Positions 39,136 through 48,624 are shown, counted from the stretch's first letter. The stretch is DNA of 64,000 bases from Thermodesulfobacteriaceae bacterium (GCA_049414625.1 JBMSAU010000110.1:13915-77914), one strand, 5' to 3'. Translations and numbers: made by a program. Notes: generated by a model from the sequence alone, not told the origin.

Positions 39136-39957
39136 ATGGAGAAAAAAGCGAAAGCTTTGCAATTCATAGCCTATCTAACAGAGCTTACAAGATACTATCC
39201 TTATAGATTTGCTTTGATATATAATCCTCTACTTAAAAAATATATTGAAGATTATTTTCGAAAAACAAAAATCGGCACAGAATTTGTAGAAGCAAGAGGA
39301 AATATTTTAGTTAGTAAAACAGGTATCTTAACACCATACTACTTTAAAAACAATTATTTGCTTTGCCCTATATTCTCTAATATAAGTTTTGCATTTGATG
39401 ATAAGAGTTTGCAAACTATAGATATGTTGACTCATGCTGGAAACTATCAATTACCATATCTAACTAACTTAGCAGGAACTATATCTATCTCATATCTTGA
39501 AATGATGAACCCTATTGTATCAAAAATACATAGCTTATGGTTTTCTTTTGTTCAGCAGGCAAGTTATGACTCCTATAGTGCTCTTGAAATTCCTTATGGA
39601 CATATATTTATATTTACAACAACTCCAGATTTAAAATCTCCTTTATCAGGTATACTTTTGTTGGGAGCTATTCCAAGCAGAGATCCTATAACTAACATAC
39701 TGCAAGGCAATATAGCAGATAACACATTAGTTGAGGTGCAAGTTGAGTATATATATAGAAGTTATCGTAGGTTTTATATATCTGATCAAGTTATCTCTAC
39801 TATATATGATCCAGTTAATCAAGTAATTGATGAAAACGTAGCAAATACTACTGTTTACAAATCTATATATGCAATCAAAAAATTAATTGATGCTTTTATA
39901 CTAACAGATGATATTTTCTGGTTAGGAGCTCTTACCAATACCTCCAACGCTCAGTAA
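39136..39957 (+). CDS. hypothetical protein
   Basis: ORF track entry. Confidence 0.6.
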   Translation: MEKKAKALQFIAYLTELTRYYPYRFALIYNPLLKKYIEDYFRKTKIGTEFVEARGNILVSKTGILTPYYFKNNYLLCPIFSNISFAFDDKSLQTIDMLTHAGNYQLPYLTNLAGTISISYLEMMNPIVSKIHSLWFSFVQQASYDSYSALEIPYGHIFIFTTTPDLKSPLSGILLLGAIPSRDPITNILQGNIADNTLVEVQVEYIYRSYRRFYISDQVISTIYDPVNQVIDENVANTTVYKSIYAIKKLIDAFILTDDIFWLGALTNTSNAQ

Positions 39958-40564
39958 TAACATTTTTGTAAATTTGTCCGTACTTGTATATTTTTTGTGA
40001 GTAACTGTAATTTATGTCACATGCATGTCTGTATTGTTTGCAACCATGTTCAGTTCTCCAAACACAAACTTTACCTCTGCATTTAGTGTATCCATAGTTC
40101 TTGCAATTTATACATTGATCATAACAAACACTGTGATCAAAAGATTTAGCTCTTTTGCATTCAATTAATGGCCAATTACCACCATTATACATTTGCATCG
40201 TTAACCATAATCTTTTCTCTCTGCTTTCTGTGGCACTTGGATTTTTAACATGCAAGATATTAAACAAATAATGTATACCTGCTTGTATGTTTCCTGTATA
40301 GCTATAAATGTTATATTGAGTTATAACTTCTTTTGGTATAAGGTTTGGAGTTAATTGCATAAAACCAATAGAACCAAGTCCGTCTAGAGATGTTCTCCAT
40401 TTACATCCTGTTTCCGCTTGAATTAAACCAAGTACGTACCACCAAGGAGCATCATCAGCTACCATAATCTTTGTGTAATATTGAACATGTCTAGCTAGAG
40501 ATCTACAATCATTTGCATAGGAAATATTTATGAGTGTGAATATTAGTAAAAACAATGTTAGCAT
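39932..40564 (-). CDS. secreted lytic transglycosylase (SLT domain) with a Cys-rich C-terminus
   Basis: Signal-like N-terminus MLTLFLLIFTLINISYA. Catalytic region LIQAETGC, then IGFMQL, then MQMYNGGNW (the E-S/T, GLMQ and AYNAG pattern). Confidence 0.75.
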   Translation of the reverse strand: MLTLFLLIFTLINISYANDCRSLARHVQYYTKIMVADDAPWWYVLGLIQAETGCKWRTSLDGLGSIGFMQLTPNLIPKEVITQYNIYSYTGNIQAGIHYLFNILHVKNPSATESREKRLWLTMQMYNGGNWPLIECKRAKSFDHSVCYDQCINCKNYGYTKCRGKVCVWRTEHGCKQYRHACDINYSYSQKIYKYGQIYKNVITERWRYW

Positions 40565-41052
40565 GTTTTTTGATTGCTATTAATGTTTAGCATACAAGAT
40601 AACACTTGTTTGAAATTATTTAAAGATATTAGCCCACAATCATCAAATAGAGTTACATATTCACTAACATTAATATACATCATATTGCAAACAACATATA
40701 TTGGACTTCTATTACCCGCTATCACTAGAAACATCTTTTTGTCTTTATGTTTTGAAATGTATTGATTGTACAATCTTCTTATTAATGACTTTTGTTTAAT
40801 GGGATTATGAAATTGTTTCCATTTCTTGCATTCAATAACTATATCCACAAGTTCAGGAAATATCTGATAATATAATCCAAAATCAATATCACCTTTATCT
40901 GTTTTGCTAGAACCTGACGATCTTGATCTCTTAACTTTTAGTTGATCATCGTTAGGTTTTATTTTGCTCCATTCTTCTAACCAATTTTGTAGTATGTTTG
41001 CAATCTTGTCTTCAAACTTTTTACCTTTTTGTTTTCTATTGCTATACTTCAT
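40558..41052 (-). CDS. putative PD-(D/E)xK nuclease (Hjc/resolvase-like)
   Basis: GDIDFG...VDIVIECKKWK fits D...ExK. The ATG at 41050-41052 is used (the track extends to a TTG at 41088). Confidence 0.45.
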   Translation of the reverse strand: MKYSNRKQKGKKFEDKIANILQNWLEEWSKIKPNDDQLKVKRSRSSGSSKTDKGDIDFGLYYQIFPELVDIVIECKKWKQFHNPIKQKSLIRRLYNQYISKHKDKKMFLVIAGNRSPIYVVCNMMYINVSEYVTLFDDCGLISLNNFKQVLSCMLNINSNQKTC

Positions 41053-41082
41053 TTTAGCGCTTAGCTTCAGCGGGTTAATAAG

Positions 41083-43281
41083 ATGCAAGAGAACACTCTT
41101 GTTAGTTTATATAATTATCTTGCATTTGGATTTTCAAATGAAAATATTAACAATAGTCCAGATACTCTCATTGAAAGAAGTGTTTTTGGAATTAAAGATA
41201 CTAAACTACATGAATACAATAAAACATTACTCGCATTAGTTGATTGTATACCTGGCTTTCATATAGCTACATGTTACTTCAATAACCAACTACCTAATTT
41301 ACATACTGATTACAAATTTGATAGGTTATATCTATATAGGTTTTTGTTTGATGATATGACAACAATAGCTAAAAATCTAGAACAAACTCTAGATATTAGT
41401 TATGCTAATAATTACGTTGTATTACGATATCAAAATAGTGAACTAATACCTGGCAATCTGTATTTTAGTAACTATCCTCAGATAAAAAATTTACATTACG
41501 TTGTTGAAAAGGGAGTAGACTACTATCAGCTAGAAGCAAATAAACCTTTTGTCTACTTTTTATTGTTAACTCAAGACTTTCTCAACAAACAACAAGTACA
41601 AGCAACTGATAAATTCTACATATATTTATTTGGCTTAGCGAACTCAAGTTATTTGGAACACGAGACATCAATATCAATAGATGATGTATTTAAACAAAAC
41701 TACATAAGGAATTTGTATGGGTTTGTTACTCCATACTATATCAAAACTGTTGATACCAATTTACTATTTGATAATAATCAGGTTAAAATTAGAGCACAAG
41801 TTTATCGTCACAGAGAATTCTTTAATCCTTATAATGATATCATATCAGAGAAATTTAAAAAGCAGTTAGAGCGCCCTATATTGCTAGCTAATCTTTACAT
41901 CAATTTTATGGATAATCAAAATCTGAACAAAGATTTATATAACATACAATCATTTCTTGCTACAATAACTCGATTTGCATCCATTTATCCAAGAGGTATG
42001 CACGTAGATACATATGATACTATATTTGACAATAGAAATAGTTTGTTCGGTGGTAATATTGTTTTACGTAATGCCAAAGCTAACGGTATAGATATAAACG
42101 TTTATGCTATCAAACTACCTAATAATTTTGAACTGGATAGACAATTACATTATTTTTCCTTAGCATTCTACGAATTTGAAGAAATACCTCTAAGCAAAAT
42201 CTATTCAAACTACATTGATGATTTGGTTTATGATTTTGATAGTTTTAAAGTTGAATATAATTTACCAGAGAACATACAAAATTTATGTACAGCTACTATA
42301 AGAGAAGGAAACAAAACCTTAACAGGTATATGGAAATACAGCTATCTGGGAACAAAAAGACGGAAACATTTCATAAGTCCAATTAGTGTACTATCATACA
42401 ATATTGAGTTAGAAGATACTCTGGAACAAAAAATCATAACTCTATATGAGTTCGACATATGTCCGCAAACAAGATATAGGATTATAGATGCTGATTTACC
42501 ATTTGAGGAAGAAATAAAATATGATGATTTAACATTTTTATTGCTACGTATTGGACCTGGTTTGTATCAAATTATGAGCAATGAAGTTCTAAACAGAATC
42601 AATATTAGCTGCGATACAGAGTATGGAGATATTTTAGTCAGAGAGCTAACATATATATATAAGCCAACTATTAAAGCATTGCTAGAAGGTAAAGTCAGTT
42701 TTCATATACATCATATCCCGACAAACAGATACTATGAGATAGATTTTAAACTGAATTTAGCTTTACCTTTTACCTCTGAGTATATTGTTAGAGAAATGTT
42801 CGATCGTACAATAGAAGAATTGTTTATAACACCGGCTATAACAAGTGATAGCTTACAAACAAATAAGTTTATGCTCGTAAACTATTATAATGCATCGAGC
42901 TTGACCGAACCAAGAGAACCAAGAGAACCAAGAGATACATGTCCAAATACCTATGTATGTTCTACATCGGATACCAGTTTAGCTTTTGCTCGTCTACAAG
43001 ACACATGTCCAAATACCTATGTTTGTTCTACATCAGATACCAGTTTAGCTTTTACTCATCTACCATACATTCTATGTTTAAGAGGTGAAACCATATGCTA
43101 TCATATTTGTAAAAATGCATTTGATATACAACAGTTAGAAAATATGTTAAAAGATAATCTGTTAGTTTACATACATGAATCGTATAGACTTGTATCATCT
43201 GCTATGCTATTACCATACACAGATACAGAGATAAGAGACTTACAAATAAACCACAATACCTATTATGCAGTCAGAATGTAA
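41083..43281 (+). CDS. hypothetical large protein with C-terminal tandem repeats
   Basis: ORF track entry of 732 aa. Confidence 0.65.
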   Translation: MQENTLVSLYNYLAFGFSNENINNSPDTLIERSVFGIKDTKLHEYNKTLLALVDCIPGFHIATCYFNNQLPNLHTDYKFDRLYLYRFLFDDMTTIAKNLEQTLDISYANNYVVLRYQNSELIPGNLYFSNYPQIKNLHYVVEKGVDYYQLEANKPFVYFLLLTQDFLNKQQVQATDKFYIYLFGLANSSYLEHETSISIDDVFKQNYIRNLYGFVTPYYIKTVDTNLLFDNNQVKIRAQVYRHREFFNPYNDIISEKFKKQLERPILLANLYINFMDNQNLNKDLYNIQSFLATITRFASIYPRGMHVDTYDTIFDNRNSLFGGNIVLRNAKANGIDINVYAIKLPNNFELDRQLHYFSLAFYEFEEIPLSKIYSNYIDDLVYDFDSFKVEYNLPENIQNLCTATIREGNKTLTGIWKYSYLGTKRRKHFISPISVLSYNIELEDTLEQKIITLYEFDICPQTRYRIIDADLPFEEEIKYDDLTFLLLRIGPGLYQIMSNEVLNRINISCDTEYGDILVRELTYIYKPTIKALLEGKVSFHIHHIPTNRYYEIDFKLNLALPFTSEYIVREMFDRTIEELFITPAITSDSLQTNKFMLVNYYNASSLTEPREPREPRDTCPNTYVCSTSDTSLAFARLQDTCPNTYVCSTSDTSLAFTHLPYILCLRGETICYHICKNAFDIQQLENMLKDNLLVYIHESYRLVSSAMLLPYTDTEIRDLQINHNTYYAVRM
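42907..43065 (+). repeat. in-frame tandem repeats: 3 x 9 nt (GAACCAAGA, 42907-42933), then 2 x 66 nt (42934-42999 and 43000-43065)
   Basis: Read directly from the sequence. The protein reads EPR-EPR-EPR, then DTCPNTYVCSTSDTSLAF(A/T)(R/H)L twice. Confidence 0.9.
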
Positions 43282-43314
43282 TATTTTTTTATTTGAAAAG
43301 CGATTTCAAATCTA

Positions 43315-43866
43315 ATGAAAATTTTCTGCCCAGAGAATTTCATTAAGATAGGAACAAACTTTTACTTGGATAATAACTCTAACCTATTGCATATAGCAAA
43401 TGCAGAGATCATACAGCTAGGTAATTTACTTTATCTCTCAGGTAGTATTCCTGTTGAAGTTAGGTATAATGTTTTTGAGATAGTAGATTATGAGATAAAG
43501 TTTATCAAAACTAAGTTTTATAAACTTAAGTTATCAAACAATTTGGAAACATATATCAACTATATGAACAAAGATATTGATAAACTAAAACTAATACCTG
43601 TTGTTAATATAAATAGAAATCAAAAAATTAGAACAAATACAATGCATACAAAGATAGATAATATAGCAAAGTATAGAAGTTTGTTAAATCAGGGTTTATT
43701 AACTTATGTGGGACAAAACTATATAAGCACTAAACCAGATAACTACTTGATTGAGGATGATGGTGTTTATGTAAAAGTAGTTAGTAAGGAAGTAGTTGAA
43801 TTTCCGTTTATTATTGAATTCAGTAAAGATATAAGTTTGATTGATTGTCTCTACTATTTACAGTAA
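43315..43866 (+). CDS. hypothetical protein
   Basis: ORF track entry. Confidence 0.6.
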   Translation: MKIFCPENFIKIGTNFYLDNNSNLLHIANAEIIQLGNLLYLSGSIPVEVRYNVFEIVDYEIKFIKTKFYKLKLSNNLETYINYMNKDIDKLKLIPVVNINRNQKIRTNTMHTKIDNIAKYRSLLNQGLLTYVGQNYISTKPDNYLIEDDGVYVKVVSKEVVEFPFIIEFSKDISLIDCLYYLQ

Positions 43867-43875
43867 ACAAAAAAA

Positions 43876-45210
43876 TCAGAATAATTTGTATGGATCTCTA
43901 TCAGCTTTAATGTTTATTATACTTTCGTATTTAATCCAAAGTGAATTCTTGGGAATAAAGACTATATCATTTCTATCAAACACAAAATCAGATATAAATA
44001 TCATAACATCATTATCATTCATTTTATCCTTTAAATGACTTAACACTTTTTTGGGACTTGTTCCGCCTCTTCCACGAACTTCAATATTTTCAAAATCTTT
44101 TTTGCTTCTTAATATCACTGGACCATAAAAGTCTACATCAAAGTAGTATACTTTTATTCTGCTCATCTTGATTAATTTTGAGAATTTACCAAACACATCC
44201 TCGAGAAATTCTGTTGGAATTGATCCGGATGTATCTATTACTGCATAAAGATATCTGGGATAACCTTTATACATAAATTTTGTTCCCAATAGATCAGGAT
44301 TTAGTTTATTGATCTTCATAGGAGTTCTTCTCACATCATAAATTTTTTTACCATATAAATCATAATCTCTAGCAAATTTTTCAAGATATTTCCTCCAGTC
44401 GAATTGTGAATGTTCTTTTGCTTTGACCAATTCTACAAAATTTCCTCGGTTAGTTCCTACATCTTTAATGCTTTCCAATACTCTATTAATCAAAATGAGT
44501 CTCATATCATCTGTTATATCCGGAGCATCTTGTATCAATTCACCATCTATCATATTGTTAAAATCAAGTGTCATATAATTATAATGTTGTATATTATTTT
44601 CTTGTTTAACAGAACATGTATTGCAATTGCTTTCGCTATTTATAGATGTCCCTTTATCTTCTTTTTGTTGCATTCTTTTGTATATTTCATATGCTAATTG
44701 TTCTATTGTCATTGCTAAAGCATCTTCTATTCTAATACCAAATAGTTCTTCAATGTCATTTAGGAATATATCTTTCTTCAGAAAATCTCCCAAATCTGAA
44801 GATTTGCCTAGTTTAAACATTTTTTTGATATCTTCAATTTTTTCATTTTTGTTAGCATAAATTTTTGTAGTGGTAAATTTATCAATCTTATATGCTAACT
44901 GATATATGATCTCATTAATAAATGCATTAGCGGCCATGTTGTAAATATCAGGTGGAATAATTTCTTTAACATTGTTATATCTCTTTATATGGTTGAAGAT
45001 TATATGCATTGCTCCATGAACTAGATATTTTAATAATGTAGATTCATCCTTTATTACATTTCTATTTACAATGATACAATCATCCTTTACTATTATGGGA
45101 ACACCAGATAATGATGCTTCTGCAATCTTTATGAATTGTAACATATGTCTGATTTCAATCGGAATCTGATTCATTAAATAAATCTTTCTTACTGCGTTTC
45201 TGATATCCAT
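43876..45210 (-). CDS. vWA-domain protein with an N-terminal metallopeptidase-like region (DUF2201-like architecture)
   Basis: AVIDTSGSI is a DxSGS MIDAS motif. The N-terminal VHGAMHIIFNH is His-rich. Exact CTAAATT-N7-ATG lies upstream. Confidence 0.6.
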   Translation of the reverse strand: MDIRNAVRKIYLMNQIPIEIRHMLQFIKIAEASLSGVPIIVKDDCIIVNRNVIKDESTLLKYLVHGAMHIIFNHIKRYNNVKEIIPPDIYNMAANAFINEIIYQLAYKIDKFTTTKIYANKNEKIEDIKKMFKLGKSSDLGDFLKKDIFLNDIEELFGIRIEDALAMTIEQLAYEIYKRMQQKEDKGTSINSESNCNTCSVKQENNIQHYNYMTLDFNNMIDGELIQDAPDITDDMRLILINRVLESIKDVGTNRGNFVELVKAKEHSQFDWRKYLEKFARDYDLYGKKIYDVRRTPMKINKLNPDLLGTKFMYKGYPRYLYAVIDTSGSIPTEFLEDVFGKFSKLIKMSRIKVYYFDVDFYGPVILRSKKDFENIEVRGRGGTSPKKVLSHLKDKMNDNDVMIFISDFVFDRNDIVFIPKNSLWIKYESIINIKADRDPYKLF

Positions 45211-45217
45211 GACATTA

Positions 45218-45254
45218 AATTTAGATTAGTTGTTTCTAGCATCCACTCTAAATT
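45218..45254. promoter_or_regulatory. divergent pair of CTAAATT elements, each exactly 7 nt from its ATG (45210 minus strand, 45262 plus strand)
   Basis: AATTTAG at 45218-45224 and CTAAATT at 45248-45254. This is a representative of the window-wide cassette. Confidence 0.6.
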
Positions 45255-45261
45255 TATAATC

Positions 45262-46941
45262 ATGCTTGGTTTGCTAGAGTTATTGAAACCATCAACATAT
45301 GTGATTGAAGTATCATTCTTCTGTGCATTACAAAATAAAAAGATGCTAGATTTAATCAAAAACATTCTACCCTATTGGAGTATGCTTGCAACTGAGGAGC
45401 AAAAACCTTTATTATCAATGTTAAATACATTTGTGAATAAGGGTATACCAGAACATGATTTCAAACTATCACAGCCATTGGAGTTTTATTACAAACTATT
45501 TGATGTAGCAAATCTCGATGAATTGCAATCAACAATATTGGATAGGTTATATAAAATACAATTTATTGCTAAGGTATATGAGAAGATTCAACTACTCCAG
45601 CATCCAATACATGACTATAATAAAGTTGAAATGCTTGTTAGTGAATTGTTATCTGATCTTAATGAAGTTAGAGATAAAGAGCTAACAGAGAAAATCTTCA
45701 ATGCAAAAGATTTATTAAATGTAACAGAAATATCTGATTTGAAATTGGTTAGTTTGATACCAGAGCTAGATTTAGTATTAGGAGGATTTTATGTTAATAA
45801 TCTTTATCTGTTTGCCGCAGGATTGGGACAGGGTAAATCATTTACATTACTTAACATGGCAGTAGGATTTTCAGTTTTCCTAAAAGCATTTGAAAACTAC
45901 TATAAAGATTGGTATGGTAAAAAACCAGTTGTTTTATACATATCACTGGAAAATACTAGCGTTCAGATCAGGAACAGATTATACACATTACTAAATGATT
46001 GCACATTAACAATACCAAAAGAAAAAAATACTCCTTTGAAACAATTATTCCAAGCTGTGGATAACTTCTATATTATATCTTTATCAGATGAGATAGTGGA
46101 TTATGTTTACATAGAGAATATTGTGTTGTCGATGCAATCAAAAAATATGCATCCAGTTGTCATTGTGTTAGATTATATGGATGAGTTATATGCTCCTGCT
46201 AACATAAGTGAACATAGACATAAGTTAGGTTATAATGCTAGAATGTTAAGAAAGATAGCTATGAATCACAATCTACTAGTTGTATCAGCTACACAGATAA
46301 ACAGAAAAGGCATTGAAGAAGGTAATATATCCATTACACATTTATCAGAATCGATAGAGCATGGTAAAGTAACAGATGCATTGATTGGTTTGGTTCCGGT
46401 AACAATAAACAAAGGTTATGTTATTACAAATCAACCTTTAACCAGAGATATTATTAAAAGCAGTCTAGACAACAAAGCAGATGCAATTGGAATGATAAAT
46501 AGCATGTATCTCAAAGTATTAAAAAATAGACCAAATCTATTAACAGGATTTGGGTATGCAATTAGTAATCAAAGTTTAACAGGATTTAGATCTCTCATAT
46601 ATGGATTGAATTATGAAATCTCAATCTATCTTGTTCCAAGTTTACATTCATATTTAGGAGATGATTATATAACTACAAACTATGATATATTGCATAGCAG
46701 TGTTACAAATAGAATAGCACCATTCGTAAAAAATCTTGATGTTAAGGATTACAGTAAATATCAATACGGATTAGAGTTAATATCAAATCTACTTGGTATT
46801 GATATAAAACAAATAAATGTAAATAATGAAAACATAGAAAATGACTTTGTAGTAAGTAATATCAATCAAAACATAGATGCACTTGATATCATAGATGATT
46901 TTGAAGCATTCGAACAAAAAAGTTTAGATTTAGATATATAG
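45262..46941 (+). CDS. DnaB/RecA-fold replicative helicase
   Basis: Walker A is AAGLGQGKSF. Walker B-like is VIVLDYMDE. SATQINRKG is also present. Exact CTAAATT-N7-ATG lies upstream. Confidence 0.7.
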   Translation: MLGLLELLKPSTYVIEVSFFCALQNKKMLDLIKNILPYWSMLATEEQKPLLSMLNTFVNKGIPEHDFKLSQPLEFYYKLFDVANLDELQSTILDRLYKIQFIAKVYEKIQLLQHPIHDYNKVEMLVSELLSDLNEVRDKELTEKIFNAKDLLNVTEISDLKLVSLIPELDLVLGGFYVNNLYLFAAGLGQGKSFTLLNMAVGFSVFLKAFENYYKDWYGKKPVVLYISLENTSVQIRNRLYTLLNDCTLTIPKEKNTPLKQLFQAVDNFYIISLSDEIVDYVYIENIVLSMQSKNMHPVVIVLDYMDELYAPANISEHRHKLGYNARMLRKIAMNHNLLVVSATQINRKGIEEGNISITHLSESIEHGKVTDALIGLVPVTINKGYVITNQPLTRDIIKSSLDNKADAIGMINSMYLKVLKNRPNLLTGFGYAISNQSLTGFRSLIYGLNYEISIYLVPSLHSYLGDDYITTNYDILHSSVTNRIAPFVKNLDVKDYSKYQYGLELISNLLGIDIKQINVNNENIENDFVVSNINQNIDALDIIDDFEAFEQKSLDLDI

Positions 46942-47008
46942 TTTTTTTGCTATGGAATTATAAAATGTCATAGGAAAAAAGAAAGTTCAAGCAAAGATTT
47001 CACATAGC

Positions 47009-47036
47009 TTGAAAAGGCTTAAGTTAAGCTTAAATT
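47009..47036 (+). promoter_or_regulatory. candidate sigma70-type promoter (TTGAAA, 16-nt spacer, TAAATT) with an embedded palindrome GCTTAAGTTAAGC
   Basis: -35 at 47009-47014 and -10 at 47031-47036. The palindrome lies at 47017-47029. The ATG at 47044 is only 7 nt after the -10. Confidence 0.35.
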
Positions 47037-47043
47037 CATAGAC

Positions 47044-47790
47044 ATGGATACTCTGGAAATTATAGGACAAAGGCTAAAACAAGCACGAGAAACTGTAGGC
47101 TACACGCCAGAAGAGGTCTCACAAAAGCTTGGAATTAGCACGGATGAAATTTTGCTTTTTGAAAGCGGAAGGAAAAGCCCGCCACTTAGCCTTTTGAGAA
47201 AACTTGCCAAACTCTATGGAGTCTTTGATAGCTACTTCTATGGGATAGATAAACCCGAAGGAACCGCCTTTACCCTACTTCTTGATAAAGCCAAAAAACT
47301 CTCTTTTCCTCCTGAAACCATAAGCCAGCTTCACCGCTTTGTTTTTCTGTGTAGGGAGATAGTAAAGCTTAGGCAAAAGCTTGGCATTCCAAAGCCTGAA
47401 ATTCCTCGCCATATAGATAACCAAGAGAACTTGGGAGAACTCTTGGAGAATATGGGTATCCCAGTAATCAGGATGTCCTTAGGCAAAGAACTTTCTTCCG
47501 CCATGGTTTGTGATAAAAGGTTTGGTGCGTTTATCCTCGTGAATTCCGATTGTCCTGACCAAAACCAGCTTATTGCCCATGAGTATGCCCGCATCCTTCA
47601 GGGAGAAAAAATTCATCTAAATGCTAAAGATTGCCCAAAAGCCATGCCACTACAAAGCAGAACTTCACGACCTGTGTCCAAGGTTCTTTGGGAACTTGTT
47701 TTGACTGCGGTAAAACACGGACTGATAAGCACCAGTTATGCATCCGATTTGCTTGAAATAAGTCCTATGGAAATTGAAGAGTTTTCATAA
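47044..47790 (+). CDS. XRE-family HTH regulator fused to an ImmA/IrrE (DUF955)-like domain with a degenerate metal site
   Basis: IGQRLKQARETVGYTPEEVSQKLGISTDEILLFESGRKSP is a Cro/C1 HTH. The C-terminal GAFILVNSD...LIAHEYARIL aligns with ...HELGH..., but the second His is replaced by Arg. Confidence 0.8.
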   Translation: MDTLEIIGQRLKQARETVGYTPEEVSQKLGISTDEILLFESGRKSPPLSLLRKLAKLYGVFDSYFYGIDKPEGTAFTLLLDKAKKLSFPPETISQLHRFVFLCREIVKLRQKLGIPKPEIPRHIDNQENLGELLENMGIPVIRMSLGKELSSAMVCDKRFGAFILVNSDCPDQNQLIAHEYARILQGEKIHLNAKDCPKAMPLQSRTSRPVSKVLWELVLTAVKHGLISTSYASDLLEISPMEIEEFS

Positions 47791-47791
47791 A

Positions 47792-47828
47792 GCCCGCACG
47801 GGCTTCTTATTGGTGCGGGCAATTTTTC
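47792..47828 (+). terminator. rho-independent terminator
   Basis: GCCCGCAC (47792-47799) pairs with GTGCGGGC (47813-47820), followed by AATTTTT. Confidence 0.6.
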
Positions 47829-47980
47829 CTGATGAATTTTGATAAGACTGTAAGCTGATGGTAAGCTGTTAGTTCTATAGCATCGCCCTCCAGATCTATC
47901 ACCCTAACTGGTCCCGTCCCCTCCCTCTCAATGAAAAAAAAGGGAGGGCGGAGAGGGTTTGTTCTATGTTTCTGGTCTCA

Positions 47981-48427
47981 TCAGTCTTCATAGTAGACTC
48001 TGTAGTTATCATCCTCCTGATAACTCCTTAGCAGGCTTTCTGCTTCGTCCTTTGTCAACAGTTCTGCATATTCTCCCTCTTTCAAGGTTGACAGTTTTCC
48101 GATAGGTTTGCCCTTGTCAAAGATTACCACGTATCTCAACTCACTCGCGCTAAAAGCATCACGGGTATTCTCATGGGTCGCCAAGTAGATGTGTGGAGTA
48201 ATCTGATACAACCGAATGATGTCGTGATACCATCCGCCATCATTATGGCGTACATTACCAAATCTCCTCCAGCAATCACACCTCTCGTAGATCGTAACGA
48301 TAGGCGTTAGACTGTTCAAAGATTCCATCCACTGCTCTTCCGTATGATACACGTATAAGCTAATGTCTCCAAGGCGGGAACTCCACCAGAGTTCCCTATC
48401 GTCTGGGTAGTATGCGGTTTGTTGCAT
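47981..48427 (-). CDS. hypothetical acidic protein (island gene)
   Basis: ORF track entry. AGGAGG lies 9 nt upstream of the ATG. CCTAAATT lies 35 nt upstream of the ATG. Confidence 0.65.
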   Translation of the reverse strand: MQQTAYYPDDRELWWSSRLGDISLYVYHTEEQWMESLNSLTPIVTIYERCDCWRRFGNVRHNDGGWYHDIIRLYQITPHIYLATHENTRDAFSASELRYVVIFDKGKPIGKLSTLKEGEYAELLTKDEAESLLRSYQEDDNYRVYYED

Positions 48428-48590
48428 GTTTATTACCTCCTGTGGGTTTTATTTGTTTATTAAATTTAGGTAGATTTTTATTCTGATCTTAAAGTGATTT
48501 TTTTGTTATTGTTTTTTACTAAATAGATAACATGCTAGTTGAGAGTCTCTTATAGCTTCTCTTCATTCCTTTATCTCCTTATTTATAAAT

Positions 48591-48610
48591 GGAGCCGTAG
48601 GAGAGGCTCC
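48591..48610 (-). terminator. hairpin GGAGCC-N8-GGCTCC followed by an A/U-rich tail on the minus strand
   Basis: It lies directly downstream of the stop of 48625-49086. Confidence 0.4.
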
Positions 48611-48624
48611 TGAGGAAGTAAAAG

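Noticed and set aside
47044-47790. The ImmA/IrrE-like domain considered as an active zinc metallopeptidase.
   Set aside because: The expected HExxH reads HEYAR, with the second His replaced by Arg. Catalytic competence is therefore doubtful, and the annotation is kept as ImmA-like only.
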